From contig NC_043005.1 in assembly GCF_006345805.1 (NCBI RefSeq), forward strand, positions 69,068,001 to 69,132,000: a stretch of 64,000 nucleotides of DNA, read 5' to 3'. The notes below the pieces were generated by a model. The model had not been told where the DNA came from and made no database searches. It worked only from the letters and a program-made list of their open reading frames with translations. This stretch comes from Octopus sinensis (lineage: Eukaryota). Position 1 is the stretch's first letter. Each line of letters begins with the position of its first letter. Position numbers and translations under genes: made by a program. This document shows positions 46,354 through 59,645 of this stretch, piece by piece.

Positions 46354-48769
46354 CATATGTGTGTGTGTGTATTTGTGTGTGTGTATATATATAGAATATA
46401 CAATTTGTTAACTTGATGGATTCACATGTGACGACGAACAGGAATGTGGTATATGAAATGATATTTAGGCGCTCTATGCCGCGGAAACGTGTAAAACATC
46501 AGGTTTTGTGTTAGCATAACTTGCACAGACCTAACGCTAAATGCGTTAGAGCTGACAGATTGCAATTTATTTAGTGAAGAAATCATTGAATATTATTATG
46601 TAATATGCTTTCAAAAATGTTATCAAATAAAACGCGGCTCAGTATGTTGTTTGCTTTACAACACCTTAACATGATGGAATTAACGAGGCTACAAATGCAC
46701 ATAAAGATATCACCTTATTTCAATGAGTCCATTACATTATAAAACGACCGGAATTAAAGGTGTCAATATCCTCTTATGTATTTTTTAAAATATGAAATGA
46801 ACAAGGTACGTATTGGTAGCGTCGGTGTACTTGGCGGCGAATGGAGAAATATGTAACAAACATTACAAAACGTATATAAATTACTATAAAGGATTTGTAA
46901 CAATAGCAATAGAATATTAGCACGGAAACTGGATATTTCAATTCGATCAAAGCCGACACGAACAACGTGAGTAGACGAGAGGGCTGAAACGTTTTAGAAA
47001 CGTGCAAATGGATTATTTATATCGATTCTTCATTTCACGCACGATTCGTGAATCAAATATCAATATTCCGTTCAAAAGAAGACCTTTTTGTTCCGTTACA
47101 AGATGTTAGTAAATTTATTTTTGTTATCGCGTCACGCTCAGTTCTTCCTAGTCACGTCATTCCATCCTCTAAATTTAACCTACTGGCGTTGTACGACTTA
47201 TTTACTGATTAGTAAATATAATTAATACATACAACAGGCAATATATCAGATTAGGTATGTTCGTATTGGGCCGTTGATTACCATTTCAATCCATTCATAT
47301 AAACACTATCTCTATCTGCTCGTACACATTCCATTTAGCAATCACATACTCTCACGCGACAGTACGCTCATATATTTCATATATGTGTGTAATGTATGCG
47401 TCTCTATTTATATAACTATTCCTCTCATCTCATGAGACAATAAATGATTATAAGTATTTCTAGGTTCAATTGTCAAATCGTTGCACATGTCATATTTTCT
47501 GCAGTGTCATGGTGTGACCTATGATCAGCGGTTGAACATTACACGTAAAATACTGCTTGAAACAAAAGAACAGCCCACAAAGGAAATATGTTTCTTCCCA
47601 CACGTTTTACTACGCTGTTTTTTCTGTGCAACAAATTCACCCCGGCTGTTGGAAGAGAGTACATAGATCTGGAGACGATAGAAAAGAAGTAGTTTTCCAT
47701 TTTATTAATGAATACGTCGACGATTACTTACAGGTCGTGACTGAAATACAGAGTATTTGATGGTCGTATCCACTGCATTATAAATTATGGTAGAAGTGAA
47801 TAGTATATATTTCTAATTTTTGGTTCACACACAAAAATGTGGGTATACAGCCATTAACAAAGACAAAGAGAAAGGGAGAAGGTGGAGAAACAAAAAGAAA
47901 AGAATGACAGAAGAAGAAAGTAAGTGGAACTGAGCGTATAAGTGTGCGATGACACTTTTGTAGTTCTACGGTCATCTGTTTTTGTTATTATATTATAGTG
48001 ATTGCTAACCCTCAAAACACAAATCGCTGGAAATGCGTTTTACATCAACAAAGGAATTCTATATTCGTTAAAGAATTATCCATTTACGGGATGGTCAAAC
48101 ATGTTTCATTTTTTTTCTCAGAAAGTTATTGCACCGAAATCTCCAAAGACTTTTAAGCCTTGAAGTATATCAAGAATGATATTCACTTTATTTTACACAC
48201 TCTGGTTGCTAAGATTCCATGAATGGTGCTGTAACGCACAATCATATAGTAAACACAAATTCTTCATCTACCCCTGCTGCCTAATTTATTGAAACCTGAA
48301 AATCTTCACTGGCAACTTAATGATTAAAAGAAACCAGAACAATATTATGGAATTCAGGCTGTCATCAAATATAATACATATTTTAATGATGTCAATGTTT
48401 AAGGTATTACAAATAAACCATTAAACTGGTTATGGTAACATTTACCCGATTAATATAATCTACTCCCTCCTGGAAACACGTATGTATTTCATCTTCAGGG
48501 GTAATAAAAAGAATCTATATTTTGATTATATTTGCCTTACATCACAAAGATTTAATTTTATTTTCATACTTAATATTGGAAGCAATCTAAATGAAATGCT
48601 GTAGGCAATCATGTGTCCCTAGGGCCAATCCCATTGCATGATATGTGAGTGACATTGTGTCCGCGAAAAACTAGTGAAAGCCCAGCTGCATGATTTTATA
48701 GGTAATTCAGTGTAATGCAATGGACAACAATAATAATAATTTCAAAGAATGGCAGAAGGCCATCAATTG

Positions 48770-48900
48770 TTATGGGAGTGGGTGTAAATCAATTACATCG
48801 ATCCCAGTATTGAAATGGTACATTATCGAGCCCAAAATGATGGAAGGCACAATCAACATCGATGGTATTTGAACTCAAAATGTAAAGACGAATGAAGTGG
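48770..48900 (-). mobile_element. Degenerate SINE fragment
   Basis: ATCGATCCCAG...GGTATTTGAACTCAAAATGTAAAG gives B-box-like GAGTTCAAATACC on the minus strand; family from recollection. Confidence 0.45.
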
Positions 48901-49135
48901 TTCTAAGGATTTTTCCCGGCATTGTAAAGATTCTCGCCGTCGTAATGGACAGCAGTAATAACAGCTGGAGTTTACGTTATTGATTCACGCAAAATTTATA
49001 TAATTAAATGTAAAGATTATTCAGTTGCGCGAACATCTGGTCTAAAATCGTGGGAGATATTATGATAGCAGATAGTTATATAATTTTCATGACTTAGTAA
49101 ATGGCTTGAGTATGTAATTATTTAAGTGGTGTTTT

Positions 49136-49176
<41 letters not shown>

Positions 49177-51825
49177 GTGTGTGTCTGTGCGTGCGTGTAT
49201 CTTTTTGCACACGCCTTCAGTTTTTAATTGTTATATGCCGCATACATTGTTCTCATTTTTGAGCGAAAACTTCATTGTTGTTCGATATAGCTATGCTGAT
49301 TTAATAAGTTTTCTTTTCTTTAGAATTTCGAACGAATCACTTTCTTGCATCAATATTTTCTAGTTGAATTTTATTATCTGATATTTTGTACCATACCTAC
49401 ATTCAGAATGTTCTCTCACGCAAATAGAATTTAAGCCAACAAAGAGACCCAGATACGAGAAAGATAAAGAAAAATCATGATTCACTCTGTAACACGAATT
49501 TTTATCCTTGGGTAGCAACTGGTATGTCCTATTTACCCATAGAAAGTATGAAAATGGCTATTTCCTTCAAATTTTGCTTTTGTGATATTTATTCAGAATT
49601 AATGAATCCCTATAAACAAGTGGCTATAGTGCTCCGACAATACTCTTGATTAGATATGCACATATTGCCAGCCGCTTAGGGACATGCTCAATTGATTAAG
49701 GTCAAGCGACTGACAAGCATATCTATGGTATTGAGCAGAATATTTGCTATAACGTATTTCTGCTTCAGCGATGAATATGTATGAAATGAATGGAAAATAG
49801 GTCAGTTTCCAAACATTAATGTGCAGGTCACAAAAACGAATTTGACAGGTATAGTACTCATTTCCATTGATTTCTAGATTGAGGGAAATAAGAAATACCA
49901 TTTATATCTACGCAGTGTCGTGGAAAATTCGACACTCACACAGATGCAACCGCATGCGTGTAACGACTGATTGAGGAACTGTTGCATTCCCACTTGGGAC
50001 AGTTTAAAAGCCTGATTGACTTTAGCATTGATCTAATCAAAACTAGTTAACATTTTCTTAAAATCGTCCTTAGAATTCTGGTGATTTATTTTGACACAGA
50101 GAAGTTGAAATTTTTGGATCATAAAACACTGTACAATACAGGGACTACGGGTAACACTATCCCGCATTAGCATGATCGCAAAATCTTATCACAAAAGTTA
50201 TATTTATCTAATTATTTTTACACCCGTGCAAAGGAAAATCTTTTACTACATATAATTAAAAAGAGATTTCCTTTGACGCCTGTAGTGAGTAACAATATGA
50301 AAGTTCAAAACAAGGCTTATATTGAGACACTTCATATACGTCTTTCTGTATTGTATTACTTGCTACTCAAATTCACTTAGACTATATGTTTAAATAGTGC
50401 CTCATTTCCTGAATCGTATTAACCACCACAAAACTCGTAGCCTGAACACGGGATGAGATATGACGTAATACGATGAGCACACCAAAATATAAATTCTGAT
50501 GATATGTAAGGCATGCATGATTAATGCATTTATGTATCAGGCTGAGTTCTTCAGGTGCATTACGTACGTATACTAACCTTTGTATTTCTGTTGTAAAAAT
50601 GACACGATATCGCCCTTACGATGGAAACCATTTAAGATGTCATGAAAACGTTTATGTTGATACAGTTAACAAATACAGTTTTACTCTTTGTTAAAACATT
50701 TCAATATAGTTTCTGTAGAAGTCGTGATATAGTATGCATTGCAGTATATGATTTCTTTTCTATTATATTCTGCCAAACTGACGATCTATATGTTACTCGT
50801 GTTCTGATGCGTTCTTCTCATTGAACACAACTTTCGCTATGTTAATCCTTGCTTCTTTAGCCTTTCAAGGTATAACTGTCAGGTCACGTTTTTGAATTTT
50901 TCGATAGGAAATTTTGACTTTTAAACATTTCTCGCATAATTCTTGTGTGAGTGCTTTGAAATTTTCTCCTTTAATGGACATCTAAAATTGAACACTTTTA
51001 GACAAATGTATTAATTTGATAATTGAAATATTTATATCAGGAAATTTCATGTCTTTACCTGTAAAATTTCGGACTGTTCTTATTGAATAGTTTCTAAGAA
51101 TGGAGACAAAAACTAGGCAGATAGTAAAGAAAGATTCTATTGAAGTTGGTTATACCGCTGCAGAAAAAACATTCGTTGATGGCATGCATGGTTGAATGAT
51201 TTGTAGTCATTAAAAGAAAAATCTCTTGTAAAAATATTTTCCCATCCACTATGGTATCTCTTCAAAGCACTATACCTTAAAATACGAATTACATTTAATT
51301 AGATTTGCATAGTTAATTGCAATATATGACAGACTGTTGTGCATGTATGAATTTGAACACAGAATCGCAGAGTATCAAAGCAGACAATGCAAATAATTTA
51401 GCTTAACACCACACTCTTAAGAACATGCTTACACTCCTACCACAGAATCATGATCATGCTAATAAATCACGTTATTATATTCCTTACTAGTATTCTTCAT
51501 TTACATTCTGCGTACTGTTTCATAATTTATAATTTAGTTATCCTACAGTTTAAAAGAAAATACAAAACAATAATATTTTCTCCGCCTTTTGCTTGATAAA
51601 TGTGATTTCTTATAACCTTTTAACAGGATAAAATTTCTCTTGGTGAATCAAAGAGATATTAACATACCATTTACCGCTTCGCTAGTCTCTTGCTTCCTCC
51701 TAATACCGACAGGCACAAATTCATATCCTTTCAATATCATTATTATTAATATTTCCATTATTAATCTCGTTGTTGCTGTAATCATAATGACAGTATTTAA
51801 ATGTAGTTGTAGTAGTAGCCGCTGT

Positions 51826-51970
51826 ATAATAATAATAATAATACTAATAATACTAATAATAATAATAACAATAATAATAATAATGAAAATAATAATAATA
51901 GTAACAATAATAACAATAATAATAATAATAACAACAATAATAATAATAATAATGATAACAATAATAATAA

Positions 51971-52011
<41 letters not shown>

Positions 52012-52060
52012 TTAATAATAATAATTATTATTATTATTATTATTGTTGTTGTTGTTGTTG
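51826..52060. repeat. Long imperfect (AAT/AAC)n-(ATT)n-(GTT)n tract
   Basis: Directly visible, ~235 bp. Confidence 0.95.
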
Positions 52061-52122
52061 TTACACGTAAAATACTGCTTGAAACAGCTCCTTGAGTCTC
52101 GCATGCGCAGTGGGCTTATTAC

Positions 52123-52232
52123 CTGCAGCGTACGGTACCATACTATTCGTTCTTTCCAGCTATCTAATACTTCCCTTTTTGTTGTTGTTGTTGTTAGTAT
52201 TATTATTATTATATTATTATTATTATTATTAT

Positions 52233-52267
<35 letters not shown>

Positions 52268-52347
52268 TCATGGTTAGAAGCAGACGATACTGTTAGTGAT
52301 AGTGCTCGTTTTAGAAAGCTTTGAATGAGAAATGCTTCTTTCTTCAT
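52123..52347 (-). CDS. Candidate first coding exon of an unidentified gene (75 codons, poly-Thr/Asn)
   Basis: AAATATGAAG start context, MKKEAF...REVLDSWKERIVWYRTLQ, then CAG|GTAAT donor in phase 0; no downstream exon identified. Confidence 0.25.
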
Positions 52348-53465
52348 ATTTATTTCTCAAATGATGAGATGACATGCAATCACGTTCAAAAATTTATCCA
52401 ATATAGGAAGTGTAATGAATCTAGAGTATGATAGTATATGACTGACGGATCTCCTTTGTTTTGTATTATATGGTGGTGTTGGTGATAATTCTGTTTGTAG
52501 TAGTAGTGCTGAAGATGGTAATGGTTCTTGCTATCTTCTCATTGTTCAACGCAGCAGAAAAAAGTGTAATAGTTGAAGGGTAATTAATATAAATCTTCCT
52601 TTTTCACGAGCAAAGGACATGTTGTAACGTTTCTAATTCTACTTTGTACTGAGTGTCGGGTTAATAACTGAACTAATAACAAGTATGCTCAAATATTGTC
52701 TTGGCCTTTGTGTGTCGATTCAGAGCATGCATTGGAAAATGAGCTTAATCAATAAACATATGCGTTTTTAATATATCAAAAAATTACGTGACTGTGATTT
52801 GACATCTATTTCATAAGTATTACTTCAAAAGTAATATATGTTCATTCTGTGGATCGTCCAAGAGTGTAATAATTATCCACCGGGCGACGTTGCGATTTCC
52901 AAACTAGCAGCAGAGTGTTGACTTTTGTTACTGCGAAATCGAGATATTTAACTTGGTGTCATTAACTCTTGCTACCCAGGATAAAAATCTCCAGGAATAT
53001 GTTGTTTACTGAGGCAGTTCTAGATCTAAGTCATACCAAAGGTGTGTCAGTTATAAAAGGAAAGCAAACTGAACTTGCAATACATATTTTTAAATATATT
53101 TAATATATTTAGATATTTCTCATTTTTGAAAAGAAGTGAAGAATGAAATGTAAGAGATTGTCTACTTGATTGAAATGTCATTTTGTTTTCTTTCTAAGGA
53201 ATGTGTATAAAACGTTACTTCAAACAATAAATTTAAATTGATGTCATAAGGCGACAAAGCATTAGAAATTGGTACTATTGTGGAAAAGATTAAATGGATA
53301 CCAATAACTGATAAATAATATCTCAAACGCAACTAAAATGAACCCTCGATATATATATATTATATATATACTATATATATATATTATATATATATATATA
53401 TATATATTATATTAAATGTTATATATATATGTTATATAAATATTTATATATTATATATATTATTA

Positions 53466-53533
<68 letters not shown>

Positions 53534-54690
53534 TCATGGTTAGAAGCAGACGATACTGTTAGTGATAGTGCTCGTTTTAGAAAGCTTTGAATGAGAAATG
53601 CTTCTTTCTTCATATTTATTTCTCAAATGATGAGATGACATGCAATCACGTTCAAAAATTTATCCAATATAGGAAGTGTAATGAATCTAGAGTATGATAG
53701 TATATGACTGACGGATCTCCTTTGTTTTGTATTATATGGTGGTGTTGGTGATAATTCTGTTTGTAGTAGTAGTGCTGAAGATGGTAATGGTTCTTGCTAT
53801 CTTCTCATTGTTCAACGCAGCAGAAAAAAGTGTAATAGTTGAAGGGTAATTAATATAAATCTTCCTTTTTCACGAGCAAAGGACATGTTGTAACGTTTCT
53901 AATTCTACTTTGTACTGAGTGTCGGGTTAATAACTGAACTAATAACAAGTATGCTCAAATATTGTCTTGGCCTTTGTGTGTTGATTCAGAGCATGCATTG
54001 GAAAATGAGCTTAATCAATAAACATATGCGTTTTTAATATATCAAAAAATTACGTGACTGTGATTTGACATCTATTTCATAAGTATTACTTCAAAAGTAA
54101 TATATGTTCATTCTGTGGATCGTCCAAGAGTGTAATAATTATCCACCGGGCGACGTTGCGATTTCCAAACTAGCAGCAGAGTGTTGACTTTTGTTACTGC
54201 GAAATCGAGATATTTAACTTGGTGTCATTAACTCTTGCTACCCAGGATAAAAATCTCCAGGAATATGTTGTTTACTGAGGCAGTTCTAGATCTAAGTCAT
54301 ACCAAAGGTGTGTCAGTTATAAAAGGAAAGCAAACTGAACTTGCAATACATATTTTTAAATATATTTAATATATTTAGATATTTCTCATTTTTGAAAAGA
54401 AGTGAAGAATGAAATGTAAGAGATTGTCTACTTGATTGAAATGTCATTTTGCTTCCTTTCTAAGGAATGTGTATAAAACGTTACTTCAAACAATAAATTT
54501 AAATTGATGTCATAAGGCGACAAAGCATTAGAAATTGGTACTATTGTGGAAAAGATTAAATGGATACCAATAACTGATAAATAATATCTCAAACGCAACT
54601 AAAATGAACCCTCGATATATATATATATTATATTAAATGTTATATATATATGTTATATAAATATTTATATATTATATATATTATATATGT
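52265..54690. repeat. Near-identical tandem duplication, period 1266 bp (52265-53350 / 53531-54616, plus AT-rich tails)
   Basis: Anchors GTGTCATGGTTAG at 52265/53531 and AACCCTCGAT ending at 53350/54616; three substitutions noticed; boundaries lie in microsatellites. Confidence 0.95.
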
Positions 54691-54809
54691 ATAACTTATA
54701 TATATTTATTATATTATATATATACTATATATATATCATATATATTATATATATATTCATATATTATGTATATGTATACTATATATATATATTATATATC
54801 ATTTATATA

Positions 54810-54860
<51 letters not shown>

Positions 54861-54911
54861 CACACACACCCACACACACACACATATATATATTTATATA
54901 AATAAATTTAC

Positions 54912-54992
54912 GAAGTGGCTGTGTAGTAAGATGTTTATTCCCCAGTCATGTGGTTTGGGATTCAGTCCAACTGCCAGGCACCTTAGGCACGT
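54912..54992 (+). mobile_element. Degenerate SINE head fragment
   Basis: AGTGGCTGTGTAGTAAG...GGATTCAGTCC..CTG....GCACCTTAGGCA.GTG aligns with 44540-44620. Confidence 0.7.
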
Positions 54993-55588
54993 GTAATTTA
55001 TAATATAGTTTTCATAACGTAAGCTAGTTTTGGAGGAATACATGACACACTTATTGTTAAAACTATGTTAAGTTTGGATGTTAGTATCTGAAACCGAACT
55101 TCTGTTAAATAGAAATGGTGTAATCACAATAGACAAGGACAGAATACAAAAATTCTGAATTATGGGACACTTGTTGCAAACAACGTATAAAGACCTAATA
55201 ACACAATCCGCAATCACATGTTACCAAATCTCAAGCTGGAATTGGGATTTACGAAAATCAAATTCAGACTCCTTCCTGTAATGATAAAGTTCTATTATGG
55301 AACGCATGCAAGATATTGAATTCTGTGTCGGAGATAGAAAGGATAGTACAGAGATTGGGAATGAGTCATCACACAAAAAATTTGATTAAGGTGAAGTCAA
55401 ACAGATGGGTTTCAGCGATGATCTATCGGCGCTATTTCAGGCGGTGGTGGGTCCAAAGTAATAAAAAATGGTGATTGAACATAATGCTACGCAGCAGCAT
55501 CAAACACAATACTGCATGATTAGGAACCAAAATTATTCCCTGTTTGCCTCCACTTCAACTACAAATATAGACGATTGCGAATACGTAC

Positions 55589-55626
<38 letters not shown>

Positions 55627-56309
55627 AGAGAGAGAGAGAGGTAGATAGATGTCTACATATGTGTATGTATATGCGTGCATCATTCTCCACTTATAATTGT
55701 ATGCATATATGCACCTATGCCTGTATATGTATGTGTCTTAGAGGCTATTGCTAAACTTTCTAACGAACTGCCTGATCCAATAGAGAAATAATTCATCATT
55801 GGAGAAATTATCCTCCTGTAAATTAATAATTCATATTTACAACATATACAAACAGTTTTCGTCGCCCGCAATGGAAACAAATGTTGACATTTTCGTCATT
55901 GAACAGATACGAAATACGAAACAGACTCAAAAATATTAATTTTCATCTTGTACTTCCACACTTAAAAGATTAAGTAAGTGATTGACATTGTCAAGACGAA
56001 TCTATCTGCGGAATTGCATCTGTATAAGTATGAATAAACGAACTTTTCAGTTATGTAACAAGGAAGAAATGTATACAATAATGTAATCGATATATTCCAA
56101 AATTCAGAGTTGAATTATTCGTGTCTTAGAAAGGGTCAAACACATCAGTTGGATGGTGCACCCATTGAGACAAAAGAAGTACACAGCTATACGTGCGTAA
56201 ACACAGTCGCATTCTCACGTCCACATACACACTTACACACCCTTATACACATATGTAAATATATCCATACATCCTAAGATTCTACGCCTTCATTTCCCCT
56301 TTATATATA

Positions 56310-56383
<74 letters not shown>

Positions 56384-56484
56384 ATGAAAATGGTAAGACA
56401 ACAAAAGGAAGAAAGATACCTCGATATTATGTAAATAGAGGAATCCCCCTTTGTAGAACGGTCATTTTCATAGCATTTTTCCGA

Positions 56485-56558
56485 TAGCCGGATAACTGAA
56501 GAGCTGGCGGCGTGGATTTCCACCTCGACATCCGAAACTCGGAGTTTTATCATGGCTA
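56485..56558 (+). ncRNA. Type I hammerhead ribozyme motif (possibly partly decayed)
   Basis: UAGCC-G-GAUAA-CUGAAGA-stem II (apical GUGGA/UCCAC; basal part mismatched)-GAAA-CUC-G-GAG-UU-UUAUC-AU-GGCUA; extended stem I pairs; triplet GUU. Confidence 0.65.
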
Positions 56559-57409
56559 CCGAATAATTCTTTTATATATATATATACATACATACACACA
56601 CACACACACATATATATATATAATATATATATATAATATATATATATATAAGTGTATATGTGCACCTCTGTAATGGTGCGTCGCCGTTACAATATCTAAT
56701 GTTGTTGCATCAAACCACGCATTTATACATAAGACATTATGATATTACAATATTTGCGTTACTGATATTACGATTATTACGTCGTACACTAAGCGTAATT
56801 TTTATAGATTTAGAAACGTTCGGTTCAAAAATATATGTGCCCAAGTATTTTTCTAGAATATCATTTACCTAAATATATATGTGATACCTCATCGCGGCAG
56901 AATGTCAAAATGAAACATTTATTCAATTGTTGTTATATGTATATTAGTAATAACAGTTTTGAATGGTACTATTCATCACACCGTTATTTAATTGAGTAAA
57001 TAATACGATTCAATATGAAAGAAATATAAGACAATGCATAAAATAGATATGATTTATGATTATATTTACAAGATATCATATAGGGCAACTTATCATTCAT
57101 CAATATATATAATCTGTTTTGAAGAAGAATAAGGAAAGTTCTAGACTTCTAAGAGTCATGCATTTATGTAATGGAATCAATTCATTACAGTATACTGAAT
57201 AGTTCACCGAAGTAAATACACACCATCGTAAGAAACCTCTAAACTAAGCCGTATAATAGGTCGAAATGTTTTCAGTTCTTAAAACTAGATTGCAAACGCC
57301 ACACGTATAGTACACTTTCTGCAAGGCCCCACTATACAATAAACGTAATTCAAAAAAATCTTCATGTGCACATTATGAAGAAGCATATACTCCCGTTTAT
57401 TCTCTTACA

Positions 57410-57453
57410 TGTTTCAGTCATTTGACTGCGGCCATGCCGGAGCACCGCCTTTA
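57410..57453 (-). mobile_element. Isolated SINE/LINE 3' tail
   Basis: Reverse complement of 44880-44922 with 1 substitution over the tail core. Confidence 0.85.
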
Positions 57454-57885
57454 GTGGAAGAAATAGAGCAAGCTTCTAGAAAAGTAAAGAATAAGAAGCT
57501 ATTTACTTAAAATATTGCAGCTAAAATTAAAATTTGAATATTAACAATTATTTAATTATAGTTTGCAAATAACACTAAACTTATATAAGTAGAATTTGGT
57601 TAATTTACTACCTGAAAAACAGAAAAAATAGTGACTAATTAGACAAACTTACAAATTAGCTGAACAGTTTTGTAAAATAAATTTAAGAGATGAGAACTCT
57701 AAAGATTGATAAATTAGAAGAACTGGCATTCTTTGCTGCAATATTTTAAGTAAAAAGTTACTTATTCTTTACTTTACTAGGAGTAATAGCTTCTCTTATA
57801 TTTTACAGGTGTAATAACTTCTACTTTTCCAGGTTAATAATCTTAAGAAAGACTTTTCATACTCGCATTTTCCATGTAATATATA

Positions 57886-57916
<31 letters not shown>

Positions 57917-57983
57917 GCATATATATATGTGAGTGTGTATGTTTATATATATATATGTATGTATATATATCTATATATATATA

Positions 57984-58034
<51 letters not shown>

Positions 58035-58046
58035 ATATATATATAT

Positions 58047-58305
58047 GGAAAAATTGCCAAGATCGAAAATGGTACAATGATTTTATAAAAGACATTTCAG
58101 TACCGGTTTTAGTCATTCAGACTTTTTGAGGTGTAACAATTAAAGAAATATAGTTAGAAAAATTAGAAGAATAGTTTTTTTTAAAGAATATTTGTATAGT
58201 GTTCAAATATAAGTGGCAGCTTCCTTGTTTCTGCTTCTCTCTGTCTCTCTTATTTATTCTTGTGGGTTCGAAGTCGTTGTGAATATATGGTAGGGAAGAA
58301 GACGA
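58047..58305 (-). mobile_element. Probable 3'-terminal fragment of a Penelope-like element with decayed hammerhead, between (AT)n arrays
   Basis: [15 protein letters not shown] resembles a GIY-YIG C-terminal end; followed by CTCAAAA-AGTC(TGAAT)GACT-AAAA-CCGG-TA, a hammerhead with mutated core. Confidence 0.45.
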
Positions 58306-58367
<62 letters not shown>

Positions 58368-58375
58368 ATATTATA

Positions 58376-58538
<163 letters not shown>

Positions 58539-58680
58539 GGGATTATAAGTTCAGCAAAACAATTTAGATTCAAATGAACATGGTACTTAATTTAGATGCA
58601 CCAGAAATTTTTATGGTATTACCCATAATGTTATGTGGGGTGATTATAACCCAAAAATAAGCAACAAGAATGGATCCGGT

Positions 58681-58771
58681 AATTTAGTACAATTGTTTCA
58701 TACTATAACAATTTATTAAAGCTGCAAATATTACAGCAAATATAATATGTCAAGTAATCTTCAGCTAAATT
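58681..58771 (-). ncRNA. Type I hammerhead ribozyme motif, palindromic helix III
   Basis: AAUUUAG-CUGAAGA-long stem II (inner GCUGUAA/UUGCAGC)-GAAA-CAAUUG-UA-CUAAAUU; perfect 7-bp stem I, GUA triplet. Confidence 0.85.
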
Positions 58772-59496
58772 CATATAGGTTTTCCAATAAGGTAAAGTTC
58801 TCAAATCAATTAGTAACATCCCAGATAAGGTAAAGATACCGATAAAGTTGTGGATATGAATTTCAGGAAACATGAAGAAGGATGCCATTCAGACCAAGAT
58901 TAACTTCACATCTAACTGTTGCAAGAAAAAATTTCTTTAGTGATAGGAATGATAGTAGAGTAGGTTAAGGAAGCAGATTAGCTGGAGAAAAGAACAGAAG
59001 GGGAAAAAATTTGGGGATGTAAAAGGACAAAGACAGATTGACATTAGAAAGAAGGGTCAGTCTATTTCTATGGTGACGGAAAATTTAGGTCAGTGTGGGA
59101 GGAACATTAACTTCTTAAGAGACCGTAAGGTTGACCAAACCTTTCTTTCAAATGAAAGCCATCAGAATTTGTAGTAGAAGTTAGGAGAAAGGGAGATATA
59201 AGGAAAGCTATAAGAGGGTCTTAGGTTATCGGCAGAGAAAGATACATTAAGAAAATCAAGGTTAACACAAGAATAGAAGGCTATTTATTTTTATTTTTAT
59301 TTTTATTTTAACTTTTATTTTTATTTTTATATGGTGAGAAAGAATCTAGGTCACTATCTAGAGGTCAATTAAATTCAATAGCAAATGGTAGGGGAACCGT
59401 ACCTATACAAATTTATAGTGAAAGTCAGATTATAACTGGGGGAATAGTATTACTTGTTAAATTTAGAATAGAATTGGGAAAATGAGCAATTCTATG

Positions 59497-59587
59497 AATT
59501 TAGCTGAAGATTACTTGACATATTATATTTGCTGTAATAGTTGCAGCTTTAATAAATTGTTATAGTATGAAACAAATGTACTAAATT
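59497..59587 (+). ncRNA. Type I hammerhead ribozyme motif (inverted copy; helix III CAAAUG)
   Basis: AAUUUAG-CUGAAGA-...-GAAA-CAAAUG-UA-CUAAAUU; one substitution breaks the helix III palindrome. Confidence 0.8.
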
Positions 59588-59645
59588 ACCGGATCCATTC
59601 TTGTTGCTTATTCTTTGGTTTTATATATATATATATATATATATA

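Larger units (their letters stand above)
58656..59612. repeat. 120-bp inverted repeat (58656-58775 / 59493-59612, 2 mismatches) enclosing ~720 bp; each arm holds a hammerhead
   Basis: Direct reverse-complement comparison. Confidence 0.95.
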
